64,000 bases of DNA from an uncultured Nitrospiraceae bacterium (GTDB taxonomy: Bacteria; Nitrospirota; Nitrospiria; Nitrospirales; Nitrospiraceae), in contig CAVSTP010000004.1 in NCBI GenBank assembly GCA_963730935.1, positions 576,001 through 640,000 of the forward strand. Reading direction: 5' to 3'. The notes under the pieces are model-generated. The model saw only the letters and a program-made list of their open reading frames with translations. It did not search any database and was not told where the DNA came from. Positions within the stretch are counted from its first letter, which is position 1, and each line of letters begins with the position of its first letter. A program made the translations under genes and the position numbers. Of this stretch, positions 10,555-21,023 are shown piece after piece.

Positions 10555-10938
10555 TCAGTCAACGAGCGGTGCCACTTCGATCGCTTTCTTGATCAGGCAA
10601 TCGCCTGCAAACGACTGCAGCGACATGGGAAGCATGCTCGCGTCGATAATCCGGACGGTGACGACGCGATAGCCCTCCGGTGCTTTCGTACCTTCCACGC
10701 GCATCGCGTGGCAGATTTCCAGTTTTTTCCAGATCAGATTGTTCAGGATGGCGTCGGAGGCAAGGAGTTTGGTATCCGTGGCCACGTCATTGACGGAGGC
10801 TTTGACCGCAACGCGAGATTTGTCCTTCGGTACTTCACTAACGACGGCAAAAATGAGCAGCTCATCCTCTGCATGCCCCGCCAAGGCCGCTCCAATGACG
10901 AACGCCAGCATGACTGCCACCCCACAAACCCCTTTCAT
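10555..10938 (-). CDS. Secreted hypothetical protein
   Basis: Signal peptide MKGVCGVAVMLAFVIGAALAGHA; GAGG upstream. Confidence 0.65.
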   Translation of the reverse strand: MKGVCGVAVMLAFVIGAALAGHAEDELLIFAVVSEVPKDKSRVAVKASVNDVATDTKLLASDAILNNLIWKKLEICHAMRVEGTKAPEGYRVVTVRIIDASMLPMSLQSFAGDCLIKKAIEVAPLVD

Positions 10939-11286
10939 GCCTGTCCTCGCCTCATCCTTCTCCAGAAAGTGCGATGCGGCTCTCCGATCGGCGGCGACTG
11001 CTATCAAACTGGTCCAGGTCCGCCATGAATGAGCATACTGGTTTCCGGGGGAATCGGCGACCGTGAGGGAGCACTGGCGTTCGAAGTCCACAGCGGGACG
11101 GCCATCGGGATGAGAAGTCCGGTGTCAATGAGAAACGGTAGAACGCGTGTCATCGTGTGAGGCGAACCCATCCAGTATGCCAACCGGGTCAAACCATTTC
11201 AAGGTCGCGATCAAGGTCGCGATGAGATCTCGCCAAACGCTTGCTTCGCTCGTGGGAAGTAGGCAGAGTAGAGTGGGAGTTCGTTC

Positions 11287-12420
11287 ATGCCGCACGATTT
11301 CATGCCGGGCCTTGCCGGAATTCCTGCCGCCAAATCTGCCGTCAGCGACGTGGACGGGGAACGTGGTGTCCTTGAATATCGCGGCATCCGCGTGGAAGAG
11401 CTGTGCAAGCGCTCCTCATACCTGGAAACCGCATACCTTCTTCTCTTCGGCCATCTCCCAACCCGCTCCGCACTCACGAGATGGGAGCAAGATATCGCTC
11501 ATCATCGCCGCCTGAAATATTCGATCATTGATCTCATGAAATGTCTCCCCGAGCAGGGCCATCCGATGGATGCCCTGCAAGCGGCAGTGGCTGCGCTGGG
11601 GATGTTCTATCCGGGCCGCAATGTCAAAGATATGGAGAACAATTACTGGTCGGCGGTGCGGTTGATCGCCAAACTTCCCACGATCGTCGCGGCCTGGGCG
11701 AGACTCCGTCGCGGGGATGATACCATTGTCCCGCGAGACGAGCTGGGCTTCAGTGAAAATTTTTTCTACATGCTGACCGAAACGACGGCGCATCCCCTGT
11801 GGGTCGACATTTTCGACGATTGCCTCATCCTGCACGCCGAGCACACGATGAATGCGTCGACCTTTACAGGTCTCGTGACGGCCTCCACGCTGGCCGACCC
11901 GTACACGGTCGTCGCGTCGTCGATCGGCGCGCTGAAGGGGCCATTGCACGGGGGCGCGAACGAAGAAGTCGTCGAGATGCTCAAGAAGATCGGGACGGCG
12001 GATCGGGCAGCGCCCTATGTGGAAGAGCAGCTACGCAACAAACGCAAGCTTATGGGGTTTGGACACCGTGTCTATAAAGTGAAAGACCCGCGCGCGACAA
12101 TCTTACAGGGCCTGTGTGAAAGCCTCTTCAAAACCTGCGGCACCTCCCAACTGTACGACATCGCGCTGCGCGTTGAACGGAAGGCGGGCGAATTGTTCGA
12201 GGGAAAAACAGTCTATCCCAATGTGGATTTCTACTCGGGGATTATCTACGAGAAGATGGGCATCGATACGGATCTCTTTACACCGATATTTGCCATGGCG
12301 CGAGTCTCCGGCTGGCTCGCCCACTGGCTGGAGCAGCTCAGGGAAAACAAACTCTTTCGCCCCGACCAGATTTATGCAGGCGATCATGACCGCCCCTATG
12401 TTCCTCTCGACCAGCGCTAG
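11287..12420 (+). CDS. gltA: Citrate synthase (short type)
   Basis: HPMDAL, HAEHTMNAST, GPLHGGANE, MGFGHRVYK, YPNVDFYSG. Confidence 0.93.
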   Translation: MPHDFMPGLAGIPAAKSAVSDVDGERGVLEYRGIRVEELCKRSSYLETAYLLLFGHLPTRSALTRWEQDIAHHRRLKYSIIDLMKCLPEQGHPMDALQAAVAALGMFYPGRNVKDMENNYWSAVRLIAKLPTIVAAWARLRRGDDTIVPRDELGFSENFFYMLTETTAHPLWVDIFDDCLILHAEHTMNASTFTGLVTASTLADPYTVVASSIGALKGPLHGGANEEVVEMLKKIGTADRAAPYVEEQLRNKRKLMGFGHRVYKVKDPRATILQGLCESLFKTCGTSQLYDIALRVERKAGELFEGKTVYPNVDFYSGIIYEKMGIDTDLFTPIFAMARVSGWLAHWLEQLRENKLFRPDQIYAGDHDRPYVPLDQR

Positions 12421-12557
12421 CTCGTAGAACCCTTGCACGCCTTTCCCCCTTGACTCGCCGGTGAAAAGGATTACCTCCCAGTCCTGAGAGCGCTCTCGAC
12501 GCCGCGTCAACGCAGACAAAAAGGAAGAAGTTCGTTTTTATATGAAGGAGGTCGATT

Positions 12558-13004
12558 ATGACGCTCGTACGTTGGGATCCATTTCGTGAACTCGAAGATA
12601 TGTCAGAACGGTTGAATCGCGTTTTCTCTCGTCCAGCCTTGCGCACCAGCGGGAAGGAAAATCTCACGGTTGCCGACTGGATGCCGACCGTTGATATCAG
12701 CGAAACAGAAGGGGAGTACCTCATCAAGGCGGAGCTGCCCGAAGTGCGGAAAGAGGACGTCAAAGTCACCGTGGAGAACGGGGTGCTCACGCTCCAGGGA
12801 GAACGTCGACAGGAGAAGGAGGAAAAGGGCAAAAGGTTCCACCGCGTGGAACGCTCTTACGGAAGCTTCGTCCGGAGTTTCACGCTGCCGGAATCGGTCG
12901 ATGAGAGTGGCGTCAAAGCCGAGTACAAAGACGGCGTGTTGAATCTCCACCTTCCGAAGTCGGAAAAAGTGAAGCCGAAAGCGATCGACGTGAAAGTCGC
13001 CTAA
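12558..13004 (+). CDS. Small heat-shock protein (Hsp20/alpha-crystallin)
   Basis: WDPFRE, PTVDISE, ERSYGSFVRSFTLP, AEYKDGVL; AAGGAGG RBS. Confidence 0.95.
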   Translation: MTLVRWDPFRELEDMSERLNRVFSRPALRTSGKENLTVADWMPTVDISETEGEYLIKAELPEVRKEDVKVTVENGVLTLQGERRQEKEEKGKRFHRVERSYGSFVRSFTLPESVDESGVKAEYKDGVLNLHLPKSEKVKPKAIDVKVA

Positions 13005-13028
13005 TCACCCCTCTCATCGGACCCACCT

Positions 13029-13052
13029 GAAGGCCCGCCTCGGCGGGCCTTC
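13029..13052 (+). terminator. Hairpin terminator between hsp20 and the convergent gene
   Basis: GAAGGCCCGCC-TC-GGCGGGCCTTC; short T tail. Confidence 0.65.
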
Positions 13053-13070
13053 TTGCAGCTTGCGGCCCCG

Positions 13071-13307
13071 TTATTCTACCCGGCGCTCGAGCATGATCAG
13101 TTCCCAACAGTCCTCGTCCAGCTCTAGCCGCAAGACGTACCGTTGACCGTCGCTGGCGGTGACCCGGAAATAGCTGTGCGTGTCGCTGTACCAGCGATCC
13201 ACGACGTGTTGCACGTGCAGTGTCTTGCCCTCTAGGGTAAACGAGCGGGGAGTCTTTTCGCCTTTATACCCAGAAAAGGCGTCGACGATGAGGTGCGGGC
13301 CGTCCAT
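13071..13307 (-). CDS. Small conserved hypothetical protein (DUF6504-like)
   Basis: SGYKGEKTPRSF...V..VVDRWY.....YFRV...DG..Y.L pattern. Confidence 0.65.
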   Translation of the reverse strand: MDGPHLIVDAFSGYKGEKTPRSFTLEGKTLHVQHVVDRWYSDTHSYFRVTASDGQRYVLRLELDEDCWELIMLERRVE

Positions 13308-13391
13308 CACACTCACCCTTGTGGAAGCAGGTGGCCTGAGTTTATCATGGCGCCCGCACCAGAATAGCCCTTCACGCATGGAGCCGCCCGC

Positions 13392-14831
13392 ATGAAGACA
13401 CATTCCGAGCACCCGGCACCCGCCGACACCAGAACTGAGCGCGACACGATGGGAGAGTTGGCCGTCCCGGCCAATGCCTACTATGGAGTGCAGACGGCGC
13501 GCGCGATCGAGAATTTTCCGATCAGTTCACTACGAATGCCACGGTCCATGATCAGGGCCATGGGTCTCATTAAGCGAGCTGCCGCCGCCGTGAATCAATC
13601 CCTCGGGTTGCTGGCACAGCAACCGGCTGATGCCATCAAGCAGGCGGCAACCGAGGTCATGGAGGGGAAGTTCGACGCGGAGTTTCCCATCGATGTGTTC
13701 CAAACCGGCTCGGGTACATCAACGAACATGAACACCAATGAAGTCATCTCGAACCGGGCCACCGAATTGTTAGGAGGGACTCGAGGCAGCAAGCTCGTGC
13801 ATCCAAACGATCACGTCAATCTCGGCCAATCCAGCAACGACGTGATTCCCACCGCGATCCATATTGCCGCCTCGGAAACGATCCAACATCAACTCCTGCC
13901 CGCCTTGACCCGTTTGCATCGGGCGCTTGCCAAGAAGGCCAAGGACTTCGACGCGATCGTCAAAATCGGCCGCACCCACCTACAAGACGCCACACCCGTC
14001 CGCCTGGGTCAGGAATTCAGCGGCTATGCCCGACAAATCGAGTTAGGCATCGCACGGATGAAGCGGGCGCAGGATGCCTTGAGCGAAGTCGCATTGGGCG
14101 GGACGGCGGTCGGCACGGGTTTGAACTGCCATGTGGAGTTCTCGTGCAAGGTGATGGCGGCGATCTCGCAGGAAACCGGCTGTTCCTTCAGGGAAGCGAC
14201 AAACCATTTTGAAGCGCAGTCAACGCAAGATTCACTGGTTGAGGCGAGCGGGGAGCTGCGAACCCTCGCCGTGAGTCTGATGAAAATCGCCAATGATATT
14301 CGGTGGCTGGGATCCGGTCCTCGTTGCGGACTTGGGGAGATTCAGTTGCCCGAGACTCAACCGGGGTCGTCCATCATGCCCGGAAAGGTCAATCCCGTCA
14401 TTGCCGAGTCGGTGACCATGGTTTGCGCGCAAGTCATTGGGAATGATGTGACAGTGACGATCGGCGGCCAAGCGGGGAACTTTGAGTTGATCGTGATGCT
14501 TCCCGTCATGGCCTACAACCTTTTGCAATCGATCGAGCTACTGGCAACGGCCTCCGACAATTTCGCCGCCAAGTGCATTGAGGGGATTGTGGCGAACAAG
14601 GAACGCTGCCAGAGCCTTATCGAACTGAGTCTCGCCATGTGCACCGCGCTGGCCCCTGAAATCGGATATGAAGCCGCCGCCAAGCTGGCAAAGGAGGCCT
14701 ACCGGTCAGGGAAGACCGTGCGGGAGGTGGCCAAGGAACAAAAAGTGCTGCCGGATAAACAGCTTGATGAACTGTTGGATCCTTGGCGGATGACCGAACC
14801 GGGCGGACCCGTCGGAAGCGCTGGAGGGTAA
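13392..14831 (+). CDS. fumC: Class II fumarate hydratase
   Basis: RTERDTMG, QTGSGTSTNMN, SSND, GRTHLQDATP, GSSIMPGKVNP. Confidence 0.95.
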   Translation: MKTHSEHPAPADTRTERDTMGELAVPANAYYGVQTARAIENFPISSLRMPRSMIRAMGLIKRAAAAVNQSLGLLAQQPADAIKQAATEVMEGKFDAEFPIDVFQTGSGTSTNMNTNEVISNRATELLGGTRGSKLVHPNDHVNLGQSSNDVIPTAIHIAASETIQHQLLPALTRLHRALAKKAKDFDAIVKIGRTHLQDATPVRLGQEFSGYARQIELGIARMKRAQDALSEVALGGTAVGTGLNCHVEFSCKVMAAISQETGCSFREATNHFEAQSTQDSLVEASGELRTLAVSLMKIANDIRWLGSGPRCGLGEIQLPETQPGSSIMPGKVNPVIAESVTMVCAQVIGNDVTVTIGGQAGNFELIVMLPVMAYNLLQSIELLATASDNFAAKCIEGIVANKERCQSLIELSLAMCTALAPEIGYEAAAKLAKEAYRSGKTVREVAKEQKVLPDKQLDELLDPWRMTEPGGPVGSAGG

Positions 14832-14931
14832 CCCTCAGAGGTTCTCGTTTTGACAGTATCGAAACGGCTATGCTAAAGTCCGCGGAACTGTTGGGATTCT
14901 AGACACTTTCCACCCCGAGATCAGGAATCGA

Positions 14932-16284
14932 ATGAGCGCACAGGGGAAGCATGTCGTTGTTGTGGCCGGCGCGGGCCCTGCCGGCATGGCAGTAGCCGCC
15001 GCGTTAGGAAAGGCAGGCCACGAAGTCATCATTCTCAACCGCGATATCAAATTCGGCGGGCTCGCTGAATATGGCATCTTCCCCAGCAAGCTCAAATTGC
15101 GCGGAGGGCTCAGAAAGCAATACTGGGAACTCCTCGAACAGCCGCATGTCCATTATTTCGGGAACGTCTCCATCGGCAAGGGCAAAGATTTGACGGTGGA
15201 GGACGTTCGTGCGCTGGGAGCGAGCGCAATCGTCTTTTCGATCGGCGCACAGGGGACGAAAGCCATTGGTGTGGAGGGTGACTCGGCGAAGGGCGTGTTT
15301 CACGCCAAGGACGTGGTTTACCACTTCAACCGGTTACCCGGATTCGGCGACCGTCCCTTTGAGATGGGCAAACATGTGGCGGTCATCGGCGCCGGCGACG
15401 TCATGGTCGACATTGCTCACTGGCTGACCCGATATAAAAAAGTCGAGCGCGTCACGGCTATCGTGCGACGTGGTCCGGCGGAACGGAAATACAACCCGAA
15501 GGAAATTCGCGCCGTCTGTGCGAACATGGATCTGGACGGCATCAAGAAAGAATTCGATCGGATAAAAGATCGCCTGGTGGCAGTCGGACAGAACGCCGAT
15601 GAGATTCTAAAGGGACTGCTGGAGGAGTTTACGAAATGTGAACCCACGGCCAGCCAGACGAAAATGGGATTCAGATTTCTCGCATCACCCAAACGCATTC
15701 TTGTGGACGGCCACAACCAGGTTCGCGCCTTGGAAATGGAAGAGAACAAGCTCGAACCCAAAGGGGAGGATACTGCCGCCGTCGGACTCAAACACTTTTA
15801 TGAGTTCCCCTGCGACTCGGTGGTCTTCGCCGTCGGGGACAAAGTGGACGAGACAGTCGGCCTCCCTTATAAAGGGGGGGTCTATGTGACCAGTCCCAAC
15901 AAGACAGGCAATGATCCGGATGACGCCTTGTTTCAGGCCTATGACGAAGCGAGCGGAAAAATTGTGGACGGGGTGTTTCTGGCCGGATGGGCAAGGAAGG
16001 CCAGCGAAGGACTGGTCGGTGTGGCCAAACGCGATGGTGATTGGTGCGCAGAAGTCGTACTGCGCTACCTGGCAACCAAACCATTGGGCAATCCAGCCAA
16101 GTCAGTGCTCGAGAAACTCCACACGCTCTTAAAAGAACGCAAGAGCCGCCCCGTTGATGTGAAGGGACTTCGTGCCCTCGAAACTGCGGAGAAGGGTCAC
16201 AAGGGGCCATCCGATTCTATCGGGGAATTTAAGTACGTGACCAACCAGGAAATGCTCGCCTTGATCGAACGGGTGAAAGCCTAA
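14932..16284 (+). CDS. FAD/NAD(P)H oxidoreductase, adrenodoxin/ferredoxin-NADP reductase-like
   Basis: GAGPAG, GGLAEYGI, FGNV.IG, VIGAGDV, RRGPAE, GWARK. Confidence 0.75.
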   Translation: MSAQGKHVVVVAGAGPAGMAVAAALGKAGHEVIILNRDIKFGGLAEYGIFPSKLKLRGGLRKQYWELLEQPHVHYFGNVSIGKGKDLTVEDVRALGASAIVFSIGAQGTKAIGVEGDSAKGVFHAKDVVYHFNRLPGFGDRPFEMGKHVAVIGAGDVMVDIAHWLTRYKKVERVTAIVRRGPAERKYNPKEIRAVCANMDLDGIKKEFDRIKDRLVAVGQNADEILKGLLEEFTKCEPTASQTKMGFRFLASPKRILVDGHNQVRALEMEENKLEPKGEDTAAVGLKHFYEFPCDSVVFAVGDKVDETVGLPYKGGVYVTSPNKTGNDPDDALFQAYDEASGKIVDGVFLAGWARKASEGLVGVAKRDGDWCAEVVLRYLATKPLGNPAKSVLEKLHTLLKERKSRPVDVKGLRALETAEKGHKGPSDSIGEFKYVTNQEMLALIERVKA

Positions 16285-16302
16285 CCTTCCGGCATTCGCG
16301 CA

Positions 16303-17163
16303 CTATCCATCTCCCCACTTCAGTTTCTCCCGTAGCACAGCGTAGTAGCTGCTCTCGGGAAACCGAATCAATCGCGTCCGATGTTCGGAGACTCTCAACA
16401 GAACGGTATCGCCTTGTGTCAGTGCAACGCCCACTTGTCCGTCAAGCGTAGCCATCGCGCCTTCATCCTTGCTCGTCAGCGTCACCTCGATTTCCGTATC
16501 ATCGGGCACGATGAGCGGCCGATGTGTGAGCGTGTGGGGGCAGATGGGCGCTAAAATCAGCGACCGCACCGCGGGGCTGATGATGGGACCACCGGCCGAG
16601 AGCGAGTAGGCGGTCGACCCTGTTGGGGTGCTGACGATCAACCCGTCGCCACGCAAATTCGTGACAAACTGGCCTTGAATGGCGATCTTCAATTCAATCA
16701 TTCGGGCCAGGGTGCCCTTGCTGATCACGACATCGTTCAAGACGACGCCTTGTGCGACTGTCTCCCCATGACGATGGATGTGAGAGCTGATCATCAAGCG
16801 CTCGTCCAGCACGTATTCGTTCGCGAAGACACGTTCTAAGGACGGGTAGAGATTTTCGAGTCGGACTTCGGTAAGAAAACCGAGCCCGCCCATATTGACG
16901 CCGAGAATGGGAATGCCTCGTTCACCGGCCAACCGCGCAGCATTCAGCATTGTGCCGTCACCGCCAAGGATCAAGAGCACGTCCGCTTTCTGAGCCAGCT
17001 GCGTCTTCTGCACGCCGCCGCGCTCGTTCAGCAGCGTGGCCGACGTATTATCCAAGATCACATCGATCTTTCGGCCCCGCAGCCAGTTCACGACCGCGTG
17101 TACCGTTGCCTTGACTTCGGGGAATTTGGGCTTAGTTAATATTCCGATGCTTTTGCTTTTCAT
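16303..17163 (-). CDS. nadK: NAD kinase
   Basis: GGDGTML, GVNMGGLGFL, LNDVV, DGLIVSTPTGSTAYSLSAGGP. Confidence 0.95.
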   Translation of the reverse strand: MKSKSIGILTKPKFPEVKATVHAVVNWLRGRKIDVILDNTSATLLNERGGVQKTQLAQKADVLLILGGDGTMLNAARLAGERGIPILGVNMGGLGFLTEVRLENLYPSLERVFANEYVLDERLMISSHIHRHGETVAQGVVLNDVVISKGTLARMIELKIAIQGQFVTNLRGDGLIVSTPTGSTAYSLSAGGPIISPAVRSLILAPICPHTLTHRPLIVPDDTEIEVTLTSKDEGAMATLDGQVGVALTQGDTVLLRVSEHRTRLIRFPESSYYAVLREKLKWGDG

Positions 17164-17316
17164 GCGCCAGGCCTGAAAATCCAAAATCGATGATAAATCC
17201 GGCTAAAAGGTGCGGGATTCTATCGGGAGGGTAGGGTGAAGTCAACGAACCGCGTGCCGGCATGTAGTTGAATTGTGTACGAGCACATCTCATCGCCGAA
17301 CAATTTGCCAGCAACC

Positions 17317-17345
17317 TTGACACTCAAAAAGCTTCTAGTTAGAAT
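17317..17345 (+). promoter_or_regulatory. sigma70-type promoter of clpC
   Basis: TTGACA-17 bp-TAGAAT. Confidence 0.65.
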
Positions 17346-17415
17346 TAGGCCAGATATTTCGAAGGGTTTGCGCTAGTCGCCGTCAGTAAGTCCCCCACCA
17401 AATACAGGAGGCAGG

Positions 17416-19842
17416 ATGTTCGAACGATTCACGGACAAGGGTCGGAAGATCATCATCCTGGCGCGAGAGGAAGCCGAGCGTCATCAAAACGACTACCTCG
17501 GAACCGAGCACCTGGTCTTAGCTATCCTTCGCGAATCCGACGGCATCGCCTTGATGATTCTCAAGAAGATGGGTCTTTCGACTGAGCAGATTCGATTGGA
17601 AATCGAGCGCAACCTCCCTGGCGGCGGCACGACAATGACATTCGGAGAGATCCCTTTCAGCCCCCGGGTCAAAAAGGTGATCGAATATGGGGTCGAGGAA
17701 GCGCGGTTGCTCGGTCACAATCATATCGGGAGCGAACATCTTCTATTGGGCCTGTTGCGTGAAGAAGAAGGCATCGGTGGCAAGATCCTTCGGAGCCTCG
17801 GTGCCAACCTTTTGACGGCACGCCAACTGACCGTCACCTTCCTTCGGAAGTCTGCGCCTCGTGAACGCGATCGCAAGAGCAACACTCCCGCACTCGATGA
17901 GTTCGGACGCGACCTGACCCAGATGGCCCAGGAAGGTCAGCTTGACCCCGTCATTGGCCGGGCCGACGAAATCGAACGCGTACTACAAATTCTCAGCCGC
18001 CGGACGAAAAACAATCCCGTGCTGATCGGCGAATCGGGCGTCGGCAAGACCGCCATCGTCGAAGGACTGGCGCAACGCATTGTCCAGTCTGAAGTCCCCG
18101 ACAATCTCCTCTCCCGTCGGGTCATTGCCCTGGACCTCGGCTCGCTGGTCGCCGGCACGAAATACCGTGGCCAATTCGAGGAACGCCTGAAAGTAGTCAT
18201 GAAAGAAATCGTGCAGGCCGGCAACATCATCATCTTCATTGACGAGTTGCACACGTTAGTGGGAGCCGGAGCTGCGGAAGGCTCGATCGATGCGTCGAAC
18301 ATGCTCAAGCCCGCGCTGTCGCGTGGCGAGATCCAGTGCATCGGTGCGACCACGCTCGATGAATACCGCAAACATATCGAAAAGGATGGTGCGTTAAAGC
18401 GCCGCTTCCAACCGATCTATGTACAGCCGCCGAGTCTCGACGAGACCGTCCGCATCATCCAAGGTCTGCGCGACCGGTATGAGGAGCACCACGGCGTGGA
18501 GATCACAGAGGACGCGATCCTCGAGGCAGTCAAGCTGTCCGACCGCTACATCACCGATCGGTTCCTCCCTGACAAGGCCATCGACTTGATTGATGAGACC
18601 GGCTCCCGCGCGAAGCTCCAGACCTATGCGCTGCCCGGTGAACTCAAGGCGATGGAACAGGAACTCAAGAAAGTCTCGCGCGACAAGGAATTGGCGATTT
18701 CGATGCAGAACTTCGAGGAGGCCGTACGGCACCGCGAAGAGGAGGAACGTCTCCGGAAGCTGCTCGATGAATCCAAGCGCGAATGGAAAAAGAATCAGGA
18801 GAAACAGAAGCCGACGATCGGCAAAGAAGACGTCGCCTACGTCGTGTCGAAGATGACGGGCATTCCGCTCTTCAAGCTTGAAGAGGAAGAGTCGAACAAG
18901 CTCCTGCGCATGGAAGAATTCCTGCATAAACGCGTCGTGGGCCAGAATGAGGCGATTTCGGCCGTCTGCCGCGCCATCAGACGTTCTCGTGCCGGCTTGA
19001 AAGAAGCCAAAAAGCCGATCGGCTCGTTTATTTTCCTTGGACCCACGGGCGTCGGCAAGACGGAGTTGGCCAGAACGTTGGCCGAATTCCTCTTCAACAC
19101 CGAAGACGCGTTGATCCGCATCGACATGTCCGAGTACCAGGAAAAGTTTACAAGCTCACGGCTGTTCGGAGCGCCTCCTGGCTATGTGGGCTACGAAGAA
19201 GGCGGGCAGCTCACCGAGCGCGTACGCCGTCGGCCCTATTCGGTGGTGCTGTTCGATGAGATCGAGAAAGCGCATCCCGATGTCTTCAATCTCCTGCTAC
19301 AAGTATTGGACGACGGCGTGCTGACGGACAGTCTCGGTCGGAAGGTTGATTTCAAGAACACTGTCGTCATCATGACGTCGAATATCGGCACCAAGATGAT
19401 CCAAAAAGGGGTCAGCCTGGGATTCCAGAGCACAGACGCCGAGCAGGATCGTCATAAGAAGGAAGAAGTGTTGGGAGAGTTGCGCCGGCAATTCAGCCCC
19501 GAGTTTTTGAACCGGGTCGACGAAATCGTCGTGTTCCACCAGCTCGACAAGACGCACCTCACGAGCATTCTCGATATCTTGCTGCGGGAGCTCAATCTGC
19601 GGCTCGTCGATAAGGGTGTGGAAATCGAGGTCGACGATGAGGTCAAGGCCTGGCTGATCAAGGAAGGCTACGAGCCGCTCTACGGAGCGAGGCCGATGCG
19701 CAGGACGATTCAACGCGCCATCGGTGATCCGCTCTCCGAAGAGATGATCAGGGGTCGCTTCAAAGAGAGCCGCAAGATCCGAGTTGTGCTCCGCGATGGC
19801 GCACCCACGTTTATCGAGCAGGAGGCCATGGCAGGGGTCTAG
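17416..19842 (+). CDS. clpC: ATP-dependent Clp protease ATPase subunit ClpC
   Basis: MFERFT Clp-N repeats, Walker A GESGVGKT and [11 protein letters not shown]-like coiled coil, LGF ClpP-docking motif. Confidence 0.95.
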   Translation: MFERFTDKGRKIIILAREEAERHQNDYLGTEHLVLAILRESDGIALMILKKMGLSTEQIRLEIERNLPGGGTTMTFGEIPFSPRVKKVIEYGVEEARLLGHNHIGSEHLLLGLLREEEGIGGKILRSLGANLLTARQLTVTFLRKSAPRERDRKSNTPALDEFGRDLTQMAQEGQLDPVIGRADEIERVLQILSRRTKNNPVLIGESGVGKTAIVEGLAQRIVQSEVPDNLLSRRVIALDLGSLVAGTKYRGQFEERLKVVMKEIVQAGNIIIFIDELHTLVGAGAAEGSIDASNMLKPALSRGEIQCIGATTLDEYRKHIEKDGALKRRFQPIYVQPPSLDETVRIIQGLRDRYEEHHGVEITEDAILEAVKLSDRYITDRFLPDKAIDLIDETGSRAKLQTYALPGELKAMEQELKKVSRDKELAISMQNFEEAVRHREEEERLRKLLDESKREWKKNQEKQKPTIGKEDVAYVVSKMTGIPLFKLEEEESNKLLRMEEFLHKRVVGQNEAISAVCRAIRRSRAGLKEAKKPIGSFIFLGPTGVGKTELARTLAEFLFNTEDALIRIDMSEYQEKFTSSRLFGAPPGYVGYEEGGQLTERVRRRPYSVVLFDEIEKAHPDVFNLLLQVLDDGVLTDSLGRKVDFKNTVVIMTSNIGTKMIQKGVSLGFQSTDAEQDRHKKEEVLGELRRQFSPEFLNRVDEIVVFHQLDKTHLTSILDILLRELNLRLVDKGVEIEVDDEVKAWLIKEGYEPLYGARPMRRTIQRAIGDPLSEEMIRGRFKESRKIRVVLRDGAPTFIEQEAMAGV

Positions 19843-19943
19843 CAGACCGCCGTGCGAGCGCGACACACATTGTTCGACGAATCATCATGCGACCCTTGTC
19901 TCAGTTCCGGCAAGGGTCGCATTGTTTTTTCTTCTGGAATCGG

Positions 19944-21005
19944 ATGAACGCCCAATCCCCACGCACCCTACCACAGGGCCCCGTTCTGGGTATTGAAACC
20001 TCCTGTGATGAGACCGCGGCCGCCGTCCTGGGGGCGGATGGGTCGGTTCTGGCCAACGTCGTTGCCTCCCAGCATGCCGTCCATGAGCGCTTCGGCGGCG
20101 TCGTCCCTGAGCTGGCTTCTCGTGCTCATATCGAGATGATTGAGCGGGTCGTCCTTGCCGCGCTCGGAGAAGCGCGCGTGTCCTGGGACTCTCTCGCCGG
20201 GATCGCGGTCACACAAGGGCCTGGCTTGGCCGGTGCACTCATTGTCGGCATTAATTATGCCAAGTCGTTGGCCTATATACTCGGTCTTCCTCTCGTGGGC
20301 GTGAGCCATTTGGAAGCACACATCGCTTCCGCCTGGCTGGAAGATCCAAAGTCTCAGCTGCCGTCCATCGTACTCGTGGTTTCGGGCGGACATACGCACT
20401 TGTATCGAAGGGACAACGAGGGAATCAGTCACCTGCTGGGCTGCACGAGAGACGATGCGGCTGGTGAAGCCTTCGATAAAGGTGCGCAGATGCTAGGTCT
20501 CGGATTTCCGGGGGGACCGGCACTCGATCGGCTTGCACAGACAGGCGACCCGTACGCCATTTCTTTTCCAAGATCATCACTCAAGAAAACCAGTTTGGAA
20601 TTCAGTTTTAGCGGGTTGAAAACGGCGTTGCTCTACAAATTGCAGGCGATGGGCAAAATGGAAGCGGCCCGCTGTCAAGCTGATTTGGCCGCGGGCTACC
20701 AGGAGGCGATCGTCACAGTCTTAGTCGACAAAGCCCTCATCGCCATGCAGCAGACGGGAATTCGTTCACTGGCAGTCGTCGGAGGGGTATCGGCGAACTC
20801 GCGACTCCGGGCGCTGCTGCACGAGCGCGCACAGGCGTCACAGTTTCGTCTGAGTATTCCTCCGCTCCACTTCTGCACGGACAACGCAGCCATGGTGGCA
20901 GCCGCCGGTCGCCAAGCCCTTGCCGCTGGACACCGGATGGCGTTCGACGCCGAACCCTTATCCACCCTGGAACCTGCGCTCACGGCGATTGTCGAGCCAG
21001 CTTGA
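19944..21005 (+). CDS. tsaD: tRNA N6-adenosine threonylcarbamoyltransferase
   Basis: LGIETSCDET, GGVVPELASRAH, HLEAH, VSGGHT, DDAAGEAFDK, TDNAAM. Confidence 0.95.
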   Translation: MNAQSPRTLPQGPVLGIETSCDETAAAVLGADGSVLANVVASQHAVHERFGGVVPELASRAHIEMIERVVLAALGEARVSWDSLAGIAVTQGPGLAGALIVGINYAKSLAYILGLPLVGVSHLEAHIASAWLEDPKSQLPSIVLVVSGGHTHLYRRDNEGISHLLGCTRDDAAGEAFDKGAQMLGLGFPGGPALDRLAQTGDPYAISFPRSSLKKTSLEFSFSGLKTALLYKLQAMGKMEAARCQADLAAGYQEAIVTVLVDKALIAMQQTGIRSLAVVGGVSANSRLRALLHERAQASQFRLSIPPLHFCTDNAAMVAAAGRQALAAGHRMAFDAEPLSTLEPALTAIVEPA

Positions 21006-21023
21006 AATCTATGGAGGTCGCCC

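Noticed and set aside
11165..11185. sigma54 promoter on the minus strand (TTGGCATACTGGATGGG)
   Set aside because: Good -24 element but GG rather than GC at -12.
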